A stretch of 64,000 nucleotides of DNA from a virus (taxonomy: Duplodnaviria; Caudoviricetes): the IMG/VR virus record IMGVR_UViG_3300021254_000027, positions 1-64,000 of that record; one strand, given 5' to 3'. The translations under genes were made by a program, and so were the position numbers. Positions 9,387-18,163 of this stretch are shown in pieces (the stretch's first letter is position 1; every line of letters starts with the position of its first letter). The notes under the pieces were generated by a model that saw only the letters and a list, made by a program, of their open reading frames with translations, did not search any database and was not told the origin of the DNA.

Positions 9387-11627
9387 TTGATGATTACAAA
9401 AAGAGATGGACGGCGTGTCGAATTTGATGGAAATCGAATTCGTATCGCCATTTCAAAAGCTTATTGGGAAGATGAATATACTCCCGATAAACCATTTCCG
9501 CCATATGCTGAAGATATAGTACAGTATGTTTGGGATGAAAATGAAGCCTACGAGTTGAATGTCGAAGAGATTCAGAATATTGTAGAAAAACAACTAATGA
9601 AATATGATCCTTCGACCGCACGGGCATATGTACGTTATCGCTATCGTAAAGAATGTATTAGAGAGCAGAAAAATGAATTTTTCGCATTGCTTGGAGAAAA
9701 AATTGAGGCGACTAACGTACAGAATCAAAATGCAAATGTAGATGAATATTCATTCGGTGGCCGCAAAGGTGAAGCTGATTCTATTGTTATGAAACAATAT
9801 GCACTTGATTATTGCATGAGTGACATGGCAAGAGAGAATCATCTAAACAATATTATTTATACTCATGATTTAGATGCTTATGCAGTAGGTATGCATAATT
9901 GTTTAACCATTCCTTTTGATGATTTATTGGCGAATGGATTTAACACTAGACAAACAGATGTACGACCTGCTAATAGCATTAATACAGCTTTTCAACTTGT
10001 TGCAGTTATTTTCCAATTGCAATCTTTGCAACAGTTTGGTGGAGTATCAGCGAGTCATTTAGACTGGACTATGGTGCCCTACGTTAGAAAAAGTTTCTGG
10101 AAACATTTTAGAACCGGTCTTGTATATGTAGAACGTAAATTAAATGATCTTACTCCTGATTGTGATATAAAAGATTTATCCATTGAAAGTGATTTTTATG
10201 ATAAATTTGAAGCACCAAATGCCTATGCATATGCAATGGATATGACTGAACGTGAATTATGGCAAGCCGTAGAGGGTATGTACCATAATCTTAATACGCT
10301 TCAATCACGATCTGGTAATCAGTTGCCTTTTACTTCAATTAATTATGGAACTTGTACTTTGCCAGAAGGCCGTATGGTAATTAAGGCTTTGCTTGAAGGA
10401 TCTATTGAAGGCATAGGCAAGCTACATAGAACACCTATTTTCCCTTGTGGTATTTTCCAATTAGGAAATGGCATTAACAGAAAACCAGGAGATCCTAATT
10501 ATGACATGTATAAACTCGCCCTCCAGTCTACATCCAAGCGGTTATACCCTAACTACGCCAATATTGACTGGTCAGGAAATGCAGGTTATGACCCTAACGA
10601 CCCATGTACCTACTTTAGTACAATGGGATGCAGAACAGCGAATGGTTTTGACATTAATGGATTCGGACAACGTAAGGATGGACGCGGAAACATCTGCCCA
10701 GTTACTATCATTCTCCCTACCATTGCGATGATGGCTAAAGATGCCGTAGAGGCTGATACGCGCGGCGACGACAACGGGGATTCAAAATCACTCTTCGATT
10801 TTTTCATGGCAATTCTTGACCAGAAGATTTTTGAGGCAAAAGATCAGCTAATTGAACGATTCAATTGGATCTGTAAGCAGAATCCAGAAAGTGCTAAATT
10901 TATGTATGAAAATGGCACTATGGCTGGTTATATTCCAGAAGAGGGTATCCGTTCTGCGTTAAAGCATGGAACTCTCGTTATTGGCCAGCTTGGTATGGCA
11001 GAATGCTTAGAGATTCTTTGCGGAACTAATCAGTGTCATTCTAGGGGTATGGAACTCGCAAAGAAAATTGAACAGCTATTTAAAGATCGCTGTGCTCAGT
11101 TTAAACAAGAGTATATGTTAAACTTTGGTGTTTATTATACTCCAGCTGAAAATCTATGTTACACAGCGATGAAGAAGTTTAAGGAGAAGTATGGAATTAT
11201 TAAACACGTTTCAGACCATGAATATTTTACGAATAGCATACACGTCCCAGTTTGGGAAGAGATCGGTGTCTTCGATAAGATTGATATTGAATCGCAATTA
11301 ACTGGGTACTCTAGTGCTGGATGCATTACATATGTTGAATTAGAAACCGGAATCCAGAATAATCTTGAGGCCCTTGAAGAAATTGTAAATTATGCAATGG
11401 ACCATGATATCCCATATTTTGCAATTAATGTACCTAATGATACTTGCCTTGATTGCGGTTACACCGGAGAATTCAACGATAAATGCCCTGCTTGCGGTAG
11501 TCATCATATTCAACAACTCCGTAGAGTTACTGGATATTTAACTGGCAATTATAAGACTGCATTTAACTGGGGCAAACAAAAAGAAACAGAAGAGAGAGTT
11601 AAGCATACAGGAAGGATGACAGAATAA
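9387..11627 (+). CDS. nrdD: Anaerobic (class III) ribonucleotide reductase with N-terminal ATP cone
   Basis: ITKRDG ATP cone, HNC, SRSGNQLPF, MGCRT, TPAE, CxxC...CxxC, glycyl-radical RRVTGYL. Confidence 0.97.
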   Translation: MMITKRDGRRVEFDGNRIRIAISKAYWEDEYTPDKPFPPYAEDIVQYVWDENEAYELNVEEIQNIVEKQLMKYDPSTARAYVRYRYRKECIREQKNEFFALLGEKIEATNVQNQNANVDEYSFGGRKGEADSIVMKQYALDYCMSDMARENHLNNIIYTHDLDAYAVGMHNCLTIPFDDLLANGFNTRQTDVRPANSINTAFQLVAVIFQLQSLQQFGGVSASHLDWTMVPYVRKSFWKHFRTGLVYVERKLNDLTPDCDIKDLSIESDFYDKFEAPNAYAYAMDMTERELWQAVEGMYHNLNTLQSRSGNQLPFTSINYGTCTLPEGRMVIKALLEGSIEGIGKLHRTPIFPCGIFQLGNGINRKPGDPNYDMYKLALQSTSKRLYPNYANIDWSGNAGYDPNDPCTYFSTMGCRTANGFDINGFGQRKDGRGNICPVTIILPTIAMMAKDAVEADTRGDDNGDSKSLFDFFMAILDQKIFEAKDQLIERFNWICKQNPESAKFMYENGTMAGYIPEEGIRSALKHGTLVIGQLGMAECLEILCGTNQCHSRGMELAKKIEQLFKDRCAQFKQEYMLNFGVYYTPAENLCYTAMKKFKEKYGIIKHVSDHEYFTNSIHVPVWEEIGVFDKIDIESQLTGYSSAGCITYVELETGIQNNLEALEEIVNYAMDHDIPYFAINVPNDTCLDCGYTGEFNDKCPACGSHHIQQLRRVTGYLTGNYKTAFNWGKQKETEERVKHTGRMTE

Positions 11628-12160
11628 TGCGCTATGCTGGTATTATATTTAATGATACCGCCGCAGCTCCAGGAGTCTGTTTATCATTCTACACCCAAGG
11701 CTGTCCTATCCATTGCGAAGGTTGCCATAATCGAGATATGTGGGATGAAGATGGCGGCTATGAGTTTCGTCCAGAAACTTTAGATAGGATTATTTACGGG
11801 TTGCATGCTAATGGTATTAATCGAACCTTTTGCATTTTGGGCGGGGAGCCATTCTCCCCGCACAATGCTTTTTTAACTGGACTGCTAGTATCAACAGTAA
11901 AAGAAAAAAGTCCAAATACTCCTATATGGATTTGGAGCGGGTATCCTATTGAAGAGTTAGTTCATAATGGTAATAAACATGTTAGAGATGTTTTGCGGCA
12001 AATAGATGGATTAGTTACTGATCCTTTTATTCTCGCAGAACGTGATATAACTCTTAGGTTTAAAGGATCTCGTAACCAAAGAGTCTGGAAATTTGATCAC
12101 AGAAAAAAATTATGGTATAATATAGAAAAAGAAGAAGAGGAGTTCCAAGTCGATGATTGA
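11627..12160 (+). CDS. nrdG: Anaerobic RNR activase (radical SAM)
   Basis: CPIHCEGC, LGGEP, GSRNQR; coupled to nrdD. Confidence 0.95.
   Translation: MRYAGIIFNDTAAAPGVCLSFYTQGCPIHCEGCHNRDMWDEDGGYEFRPETLDRIIYGLHANGINRTFCILGGEPFSPHNAFLTGLLVSTVKEKSPNTPIWIWSGYPIEELVHNGNKHVRDVLRQIDGLVTDPFILAERDITLRFKGSRNQRVWKFDHRKKLWYNIEKEEEEFQVDD
12093..12121 (+). promoter_or_regulatory. sigmaA-type promoter embedded in the nrdG 3' end
   Basis: TTGATC-17 nt-TATAAT with TG extension, followed by a GAGGAG RBS for the 12153 gene. Confidence 0.7.
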
Positions 12161-12680
12161 AAAAGATAACGCTATCTTTATGGAACCAGACGAATATGAT
12201 GAATATCGTAAACAAAAGACACAAGAACTTCAAGAGCAATTTGAAAAGATCCGAGTTGAAAATCCTGAAAAAATCTTGGATACTACAATGTACGATTTAA
12301 ATAAAGACATTATAGCCCAGATTAAGGATATGACTCCAACCGAAATTAAAAAGCGTATGAAGTTAATTCGTTCTTGGTTATACCATGATACAGATATTTA
12401 TTATGCGCTGATCTGTTGGGACTTTAACTATATTACTATCTTCAGATTTCCTAATGAAAACTGGGATGAGCAAGTAAAAGAGATTCAAGAGATTATCACT
12501 TCACTTGGCGCAGTTAAAGCAATAGATCCTCATAATGGTGGTAAGGCGATGGACCTTCACCACATTGAAGATGAAGTAGAAAACATTGATGCTTTTGAGA
12601 TTTGGATTAAGTTAGAAGAATACCAAGAGCCTAAAATGTTTATGCTGTTCCCTTATGGAGGAGGCATTATTGAAGCATGA
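12153..12680 (+). CDS. Hypothetical protein (175 aa)
   Basis: GAGGAG RBS; overlaps neighbours; no recognisable motif. Confidence 0.8.
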   Translation: MIEKDNAIFMEPDEYDEYRKQKTQELQEQFEKIRVENPEKILDTTMYDLNKDIIAQIKDMTPTEIKKRMKLIRSWLYHDTDIYYALICWDFNYITIFRFPNENWDEQVKEIQEIITSLGAVKAIDPHNGGKAMDLHHIEDEVENIDAFEIWIKLEEYQEPKMFMLFPYGGGIIEA

Positions 12681-12931
12681 TGTGGTTTGACTATACGACT
12701 ACCGCCGGTGTACTTATTCATTATACCGGATTCGATGGTAGTGAACATGATTATAAAGCAAATTATATATTGCCGCAAGAGGTAGTTAGATTGGTTGCAT
12801 CTATTGCCGATTCTAATAATATCTCAGAAATTACCTGTGCAGGTATTGCTTATGACTTGAAAGATGCTGTTAAGCAGGAACTTGCGCGAACCTATAAAAA
12901 TACTAACGTAGTATTTAATAAAGCGGAGTAA
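12677..12931 (+). CDS. Hypothetical protein (84 aa)
   Basis: GGAGG RBS; ATGA overlap. Confidence 0.75.
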   Translation: MMWFDYTTTAGVLIHYTGFDGSEHDYKANYILPQEVVRLVASIADSNNISEITCAGIAYDLKDAVKQELARTYKNTNVVFNKAE

Positions 12932-12943
12932 AGGAGTAGAAGT

Positions 12944-13174
12944 ATGGCTCGTTACCTATTGAATGTAACTGAAAAATATCGTGTTGATACTGTTGAGGAA
13001 GCGCTTCAAATGCGCGACGAGGCGAATGATGATTTCAATTTTGAACTTCAATCATTCCAGTACGTAACTAAATTTAATAAGAAAACTGAAGAGGAATATC
13101 AAATTGTTACTCTAAAAAAAGTTATCAATGTAGAGAAAGAGCCAGCTTCTGGTGTGATGGTGCATTATGAATAA
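12944..13174 (+). CDS. Hypothetical protein (76 aa)
   Basis: AAGGAG RBS; overlaps the dUTPase start. Confidence 0.8.
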   Translation: MARYLLNVTEKYRVDTVEEALQMRDEANDDFNFELQSFQYVTKFNKKTEEEYQIVTLKKVINVEKEPASGVMVHYE

Positions 13175-13763
13175 GATTGCAGCGAAGTTTGAAAAGATTA
13201 GTAAGTATGCGGATGATAAAGACATTATATGCCCTTTGCGCAAAACAAATACCAGCGCAGGTTATGACTTTTATTGCGCAGAAGATACTGTAGTTCCATC
13301 ATATTCTTCTGCCATTACTGCGGATTTCGCAAATGATCTCGTAAAAGATATGCACTCTTATTATGAATCATTTGAGCAGTTTTTAGAAAGCCTTCCATAT
13401 GACCTTAATACTGCTGCAACACTTGTTAAGAAATATGGACACAAGATGACTCTTGTTCCTACTGGTGTTAAGTGCCGTATTCCAGATGATTATTACCTAC
13501 AGTTAAGTGTGCGCTCTAGCTTGCCGCTAAAGCACTGGTTGATTATGGGCAATGGCGTTGGGATTATAGATGCTGATTATTATAATAATAGCGATAATGA
13601 AGGCCATATATATTTTGAATTGATAAATCTGTTACCTTTTGACGTGGTTATTAAGAAGGGCGATTGTATTGGTCAGGGCGTTTTTCTACCGTATGGTGTG
13701 ACCGAAGACGATCAAGGTAACGATGTTGAGCGCACTGGTGGATTTGGATCTACCAATGAGTAA
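13167..13763 (+). CDS. dut: Trimeric dUTPase with an ~40-aa insertion
   Basis: Motifs SAGYD, RSS, GIIDADY, IGQG, RTGGFGST. Confidence 0.95.
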   Translation: MNKIAAKFEKISKYADDKDIICPLRKTNTSAGYDFYCAEDTVVPSYSSAITADFANDLVKDMHSYYESFEQFLESLPYDLNTAATLVKKYGHKMTLVPTGVKCRIPDDYYLQLSVRSSLPLKHWLIMGNGVGIIDADYYNNSDNEGHIYFELINLLPFDVVIKKGDCIGQGVFLPYGVTEDDQGNDVERTGGFGSTNE

Positions 13764-14250
13764 AACAATTCTTGCGCTAGATTAGGCCACCAAAACATCA
13801 GGGTGGTCTATCTGGCAAGATGGCACCCTGATCGAATATGGTCATGTAACATTTGATTAGGAGGATCCTTTTATCCGCAATAATAAACTTTGTTCATGGC
13901 TTGGTAACATGATTGAAACACGAGATGTAGATGAAGTTGTGATTGAAGATATACAAATGCAAGTTAACAATGTTTTAACATTTTAGCGGCTTGCATAGCT
14001 TCAAGGTGCAATTATTGATATGTTAATTGATTGGCATATTGATTATAAAATTATTAAACCATCTGAATGGCGAGCTGCATGTAATTTCTTGAAAGGTCAA
14101 GATAAGCATCGTGCTTCATAGAAAAAAATTGCACAAGATTGGGTTTTGTCAACATATGGACGTAAATGTACCCAAGATGAAGCAGATGCAATTTGTATTG
14201 GACATGCTGTGGTTCAATAGGAAGATAGTGAATTAAACTGGGAGGATTAA
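13756..14250 (+). CDS. ruvC: RuvC-like Holliday junction resolvase (164 aa, six in-frame TAG=Gln; absent from the ORF track)
   Basis: MSKTILALD*ATKTSGWS...VVIEDIQ...TF*RLA*LQGAI...PSEWR...K...DEADAICIG. The acidic RuvC-type residues are present. TAGs at 13783, 13858, 13984, 13996, 14119, 14218; stop TAA 14248-14250. Confidence 0.88.
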
Positions 14251-14251
14251 T

Positions 14252-14647
14252 ATGGAGTGGGCAGTTATTATAAATGAGATATTTACTGTCGTATTAATTC
14301 CTTTGCTTGGTTTGGTAGCAAAATATTTTATTGAATTTTTGCATGCCAAGAGGGATGAAGCAAAGAATAAAATTGACAATAACACGTTGAAAAAGTATAT
14401 AGATATGCTTGATGCAACTATTACTCGTGCGGTTATTGCCACAAATCAAACCTATGTTGATGCTTTAAAAGAGCAGAATGCGTTTGATAAGGAAGCACAA
14501 GCTAATGCTTTAAAGAAGACTTACGATGCAGTTATGGCGGTTTTAACTACTGATGCTGAAGCGTATTTAAGTAATGCTATCGGTGATCTTGAGAGTTATA
14601 TTAAGACTGCGATTGAAGCTACGGTTAAAGACCAAAAAAAGGTATAA
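14252..14647 (+). CDS. Putative holin, LL-H-like
   Basis: Single N-terminal TM helix, then V.ATNQTYVD.LK...FD.EAQ...IE..V pattern; GGAGG RBS. Confidence 0.6.
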   Translation: MEWAVIINEIFTVVLIPLLGLVAKYFIEFLHAKRDEAKNKIDNNTLKKYIDMLDATITRAVIATNQTYVDALKEQNAFDKEAQANALKKTYDAVMAVLTTDAEAYLSNAIGDLESYIKTAIEATVKDQKKV

Positions 14648-14693
14648 AAAAAATTGGGGCGACTCTTAATTGAGTCGCCCCATTGTTTTTTTT
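14646..14693. terminator. Bidirectional intrinsic terminator between the convergent arms
   Basis: A-run, perfect stem TGGGGCGACTC / GAGTCGCCCCA (14655-14682), T-run. Confidence 0.92.
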
Positions 14694-15219
14694 AATTATG
14701 AACAGGTAATGCTCTAATTCTTTCATCCCAAAGATCCATATGACCATTGCCGCCTAGTTTATGATAAACCGCGAGTCTCTCATTATATTGAATCAATTCA
14801 GCATGAGTTATATAGCCATGTTCTATGAATGTATTACATGCAGTAATTAAATTTTGTAAATGTGCGTCCAACACACCTTGTCGGACTGCATCAATATCTT
14901 CTGCATTCTTTAATTGCTAATTATGAAGAGCAGAAATATCAGTCTGCCACTTTTCATCCATGGCATTTAATTTTGCTAAAATCTAGGTATCCATAGCATT
15001 GGATTGCTCTTGAATTTTAGCAAAGTGCTTGCCGCAAATTTCTTCATGAACATTAGAAGAACGAGCGATACGTTCCCATTCTTCTTTTTTCTATTGATCA
15101 TTACCTTTTTTAATTGGGTTTATTAATCGTGCAGCAATTAACCCAACTATTGCTGCACATATAAATGGAATGATCCATTTAACAAATGTTTCTAATATTA
15201 ATGGTCCTGCAACCGCCAT
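14692..15219 (-). CDS. Membrane-anchored, possibly lysis-associated protein (175 aa, 3 TAG)
   Basis: GAGGAG RBS; MAVAGPLILETFVKWIIPFICAAIVGLIAARL TM helix; coiled region; C-terminal YHKLGGNG motif of the kind seen near phage lysis genes. Confidence 0.7.
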
Positions 15220-15238
15220 CACAGTCACTCCTCAGAAG

Positions 15239-15550
15239 TTATTCTTCCTCAAGATAAACGTCATCACTCGAGTTCTAACTTACATCAGGCGCGCATTCCG
15301 CAACAGCCTTATAGCTTTCGGCTATTTTCTTATAATTTTCTACTCCAGCTTTGGCAGTATACCCAAGGCGCAATGATACATAAGCAGTTGTCATATATGC
15401 AAAAATATTCTGCGCGAACGCCCCAAGTTCAGGTCGTATTAACAAAATGATTAAAAGCGTAATTGTTAATAACGCATAGACTATTATATCAATAATTGTT
15501 AATTTTTTACTAAATTCAAGGGGCTTTTTGACTATTTTCTTTCTAGCCAT
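15239..15550 (-). CDS. Two-TM holin-like membrane protein (103 aa, 1 TAG)
   Basis: EFSKK + two hydrophobic helices + YTAKAGVEN; TAG 15275 read-through to TAA 15239. Confidence 0.65.
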
Positions 15551-15561
15551 TATATCACCCC

Positions 15562-15608
15562 AAAAAAAATAAGTCCTAATTAAGGCAGCACTCTTAATTA
15601 GGGCTTAT
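15562..15608 (-). terminator. Intrinsic terminator
   Basis: ATAAGCCCTAATTAAG / CTTAATTAGGACTTAT stem followed by a T-run on the - strand. Confidence 0.75.
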
Positions 15609-15619
15609 AATTTTTATAA

Positions 15620-15925
15620 TTAAATTACGAAATTAAGATTCATATTAACTGACATATTGTCGCCATTAAGGTTTTCATCAATATTTTGAATGGTGGCTTC
15701 AATATCAGCAAGAGTATAAATAGACTCACCATTTTCATTTTTAAGTTCGATGCTATTAATGCCACTTACACCGATAGTTTGCAAAAAAGCAACGGTGGAA
15801 GGAGAAGGTATAACACCAACATAACCATAAGAATTTGCGCCTTCTGCATTAAAAGAAGTAGTACGACTAAAAGAACTAATCTCAAAAGCATGAGCTGATT
15901 GATCATTAAGAACCATTGAAATCAT
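15620..15925 (-). CDS. Hypothetical protein (101 aa, no TAG)
   Basis: GGAGG RBS, TAA stop. Confidence 0.8.
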   Translation of the reverse strand: MISMVLNDQSAHAFEISSFSRTTSFNAEGANSYGYVGVIPSPSTVAFLQTIGVSGINSIELKNENGESIYTLADIEATIQNIDENLNGDNMSVNMNLNFVI

Positions 15926-15983
15926 AAGAGTATCCTCCCTTAAAATAGTTAATCAACAGAAGCATTAGACTCCTCTATTTTCT

Positions 15984-16021
15984 ATTCAAAAAATAGATTC
16001 AATTCTTGAAGTGAATTGTCC
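15984..16021 (-). promoter_or_regulatory. Putative phage late-promoter motif, copy 1
   Basis: GGAC-N8-TCAA-N13-TTTTT-GAAT; same spacing at 33223-33260 and 43304-43341. Confidence 0.5.
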
Positions 16022-16084
16022 TTTACCCAATCTTCATAGTCATTATCATTCCAAAACACAGGACAAAAAACTGTACACAATTTA

Positions 16085-17080
16085 TTATTCCTCCTCATCT
16101 GGAATATTCACGCCATCAGCAATTTCTTGTTCAGTACGTTCTTCGCCCTCAATAGGCTCTTCATCTTCAATTTGAATATCTGTATTATATACTGCCCAAG
16201 AAGTTTCTGTATCATCAGTAGTAGGTCGCAATGTATTATTATCTAAATGGCATTCATATTCAATACCATCTAACATTACATGATCTCCATACTGATAAAT
16301 TTGGCCCTCTTGCCACTCAGGAATAATTTTATTCCCTTCAGCATCAATTTCTGTCCAAGTTAATCTTGTACCAGGAGTTGTAGTATTAGTATAGAAATTA
16401 GAGAAATAATATTTCCCTTCATACTCTACACAAGCGCCATATTCATATGACTGTCGTGGAACCCAAGTTGGAAATACTGGCACTCCTGTAGAAGGCTGTG
16501 GAGTAGTTAAATTTTTCCAAGGCGCGTGTGCTACATTTGGAGGATAACAGTTATTAACACTTTCTGATTCATAAATAAAATCTCCATATTTAACTTGATC
16601 TCCTATATCATATCCAGATTTATCATCTTCTGGTGGATACCATGGAGGAATAAAATTAATTTTTTCAAACTTATCAGAAACAGAAGGAGCATTTAAAGTA
16701 TCGGTTAAATGATTTAAAAGAACTTTATATAAATATCCTTTATGTCTATAACGCATTCCAGCAATAACATTTAATCCTGGGCGCCAAGCAGGATAAAGAA
16801 TTAAATGCGCAACAGCTTCTTCATCTGAAAAATCTGAGAGTAAAATATTTAATTCTTCTCTTGTTGCTTTTGCATTTACAAATGAAATTCCAGAATCTTC
16901 AAAAGCAATTTGAGCCATTGATTTTTGGAATAATTCATTGCCAACTCTATATAGCCGAAAATAATCGATCGCCGCAGCTATACTGTCTCCATTATAATAT
17001 GTTGCACTATCAGGCAAATCCATGAACGCAACACTTAAAGACGCGCGATCCTCATTTGATATTGATAATAAAAATCCCAT
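16085..17080 (-). CDS. Protein with about 4 CBM5/12 (ChtBD3-like) carbohydrate-binding repeats (331 aa, no TAG)
   Basis: Repeats W....Y..GD.V.Y.G..Y (e.g. YDIGDQVKYGDFIYES, WQEGQIYQYGDHVMLDGIEYEC); GGAGG RBS. Confidence 0.75.
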   Translation of the reverse strand: MGFLLSISNEDRASLSVAFMDLPDSATYYNGDSIAAAIDYFRLYRVGNELFQKSMAQIAFEDSGISFVNAKATREELNILLSDFSDEEAVAHLILYPAWRPGLNVIAGMRYRHKGYLYKVLLNHLTDTLNAPSVSDKFEKINFIPPWYPPEDDKSGYDIGDQVKYGDFIYESESVNNCYPPNVAHAPWKNLTTPQPSTGVPVFPTWVPRQSYEYGACVEYEGKYYFSNFYTNTTTPGTRLTWTEIDAEGNKIIPEWQEGQIYQYGDHVMLDGIEYECHLDNNTLRPTTDDTETSWAVYNTDIQIEDEEPIEGEERTEQEIADGVNIPDEEE

Positions 17081-17090
17081 ATAAACCTCC

Positions 17091-17621
17091 TTAAGATATG
17101 CGTTCCCACATTTTTACAGTAATAAATGGCATTATATTATTATGACCGACTGCTCCACCCCAGTCTTCAAGCCATCGTCCACCAGTCCCACTAGTAGAAG
17201 TATAGTCATAATTCGCTGAACCAGAAGATGCAGCTCTTGCACCAAGTCGATGACTATGAGATGGAATTTCATAAACTGTTAATGAATGTGTTGCTTCAAA
17301 AGGATTTATATCTTGCTATGCAGTATAAGTATCTCCTGCGCCAACAATAATACGTCCACCAGGATAATAGGTACTTGTTCCCAATGATTTCCAAGTAGAA
17401 CCAGATACAAGAGAAGAAGGATTAAAAGAATCACTAATAACCCCATACTACGCCATAAAAATACTACCTACTGGATGCATTGCTGATGCAACACTATTTT
17501 TTAAACTATTTAATTTACTTGCTAAAGTAGATCCATTAACATAAACCCAAGATTGCCCTAGACGAGGGAACAATTTATTTTCTCCTGCCGCATCCCATAA
17601 CTATGCAGATATTGTAGCCAT
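17091..17621 (-). CDS. Baseplate/tail Gp10_C-like protein, paralogue 3 (176 aa, 3 TAG)
   Basis: HPVGSIF...W...GRIIVG...ATHSLTVYEIPSHSH...GHNNIMPFITVKMWERIS; start overlaps the upstream TAA. Confidence 0.8.
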
Positions 17622-18151
17622 TATGACACCCTCTTCCACATATAATAAGCAACACTTGGCTATATATTATTATGAGGCTAGCCTCCACCATTCGCGGCAC
17701 TCCAGTTGCCACTATCACCACCAACTCCATGGTCAGCATCTCTAGAACCGCCATAGTTAACTCTACTAGTATTACCATACATACGATGTCGATGAGGTGG
17801 TAATTCCGCAGTTGTTAAAGTATGAGTAGCTTCTCCTCCTGTCGCTTCAGTTGGATCATCCGTAGTCCCATCGCATGTTAAAATTGTTCGGTTCATGCCC
17901 CACTTTTGCCAAGTACCGATACTACTTGGTGCGTTATTATTTTTAGTAATAATAATAGTACCAACAGGATAAGCAGTATTTAAACATTGAGTTGTAAAAC
18001 GAGAACTGCTTTCCCAATAAGATAATAATGTATTTAAATAAGTTAGAGCGCCATTTGCTGCGGGACTTTCTATATATATATCTTTTGCAGTAGTAACTAC
18101 AGCTTGAGGAGTAGTTTTACTGGCCTCATAAATAATTGCGCTTTGTGCCAT
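17621..18151 (-). CDS. Baseplate/tail Gp10_C-like protein, paralogue 2 (176 aa, 2 TAG)
   Basis: YPVGTI...GGEATHTLTTAELPPHRH...GGG*PHNNI*PSVAYYMWKRVS, TAA at 17621. Confidence 0.82.
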
Positions 18152-18163
18152 TTTAATTCCTCC

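Noticed and set aside
257-10807. Alternative-frame ORFs within replication genes (439-852, 1785-2096, 2562-2867, 5844-6161, 10468-10731 and antisense ones)
   Set aside because: Fully nested in well-supported genes and lacking RBSs or protein-like features.
16085-17080. CBM-repeat protein as an endolysin or chitinase
   Set aside because: Only binding-type repeats were recognised; no catalytic motif.
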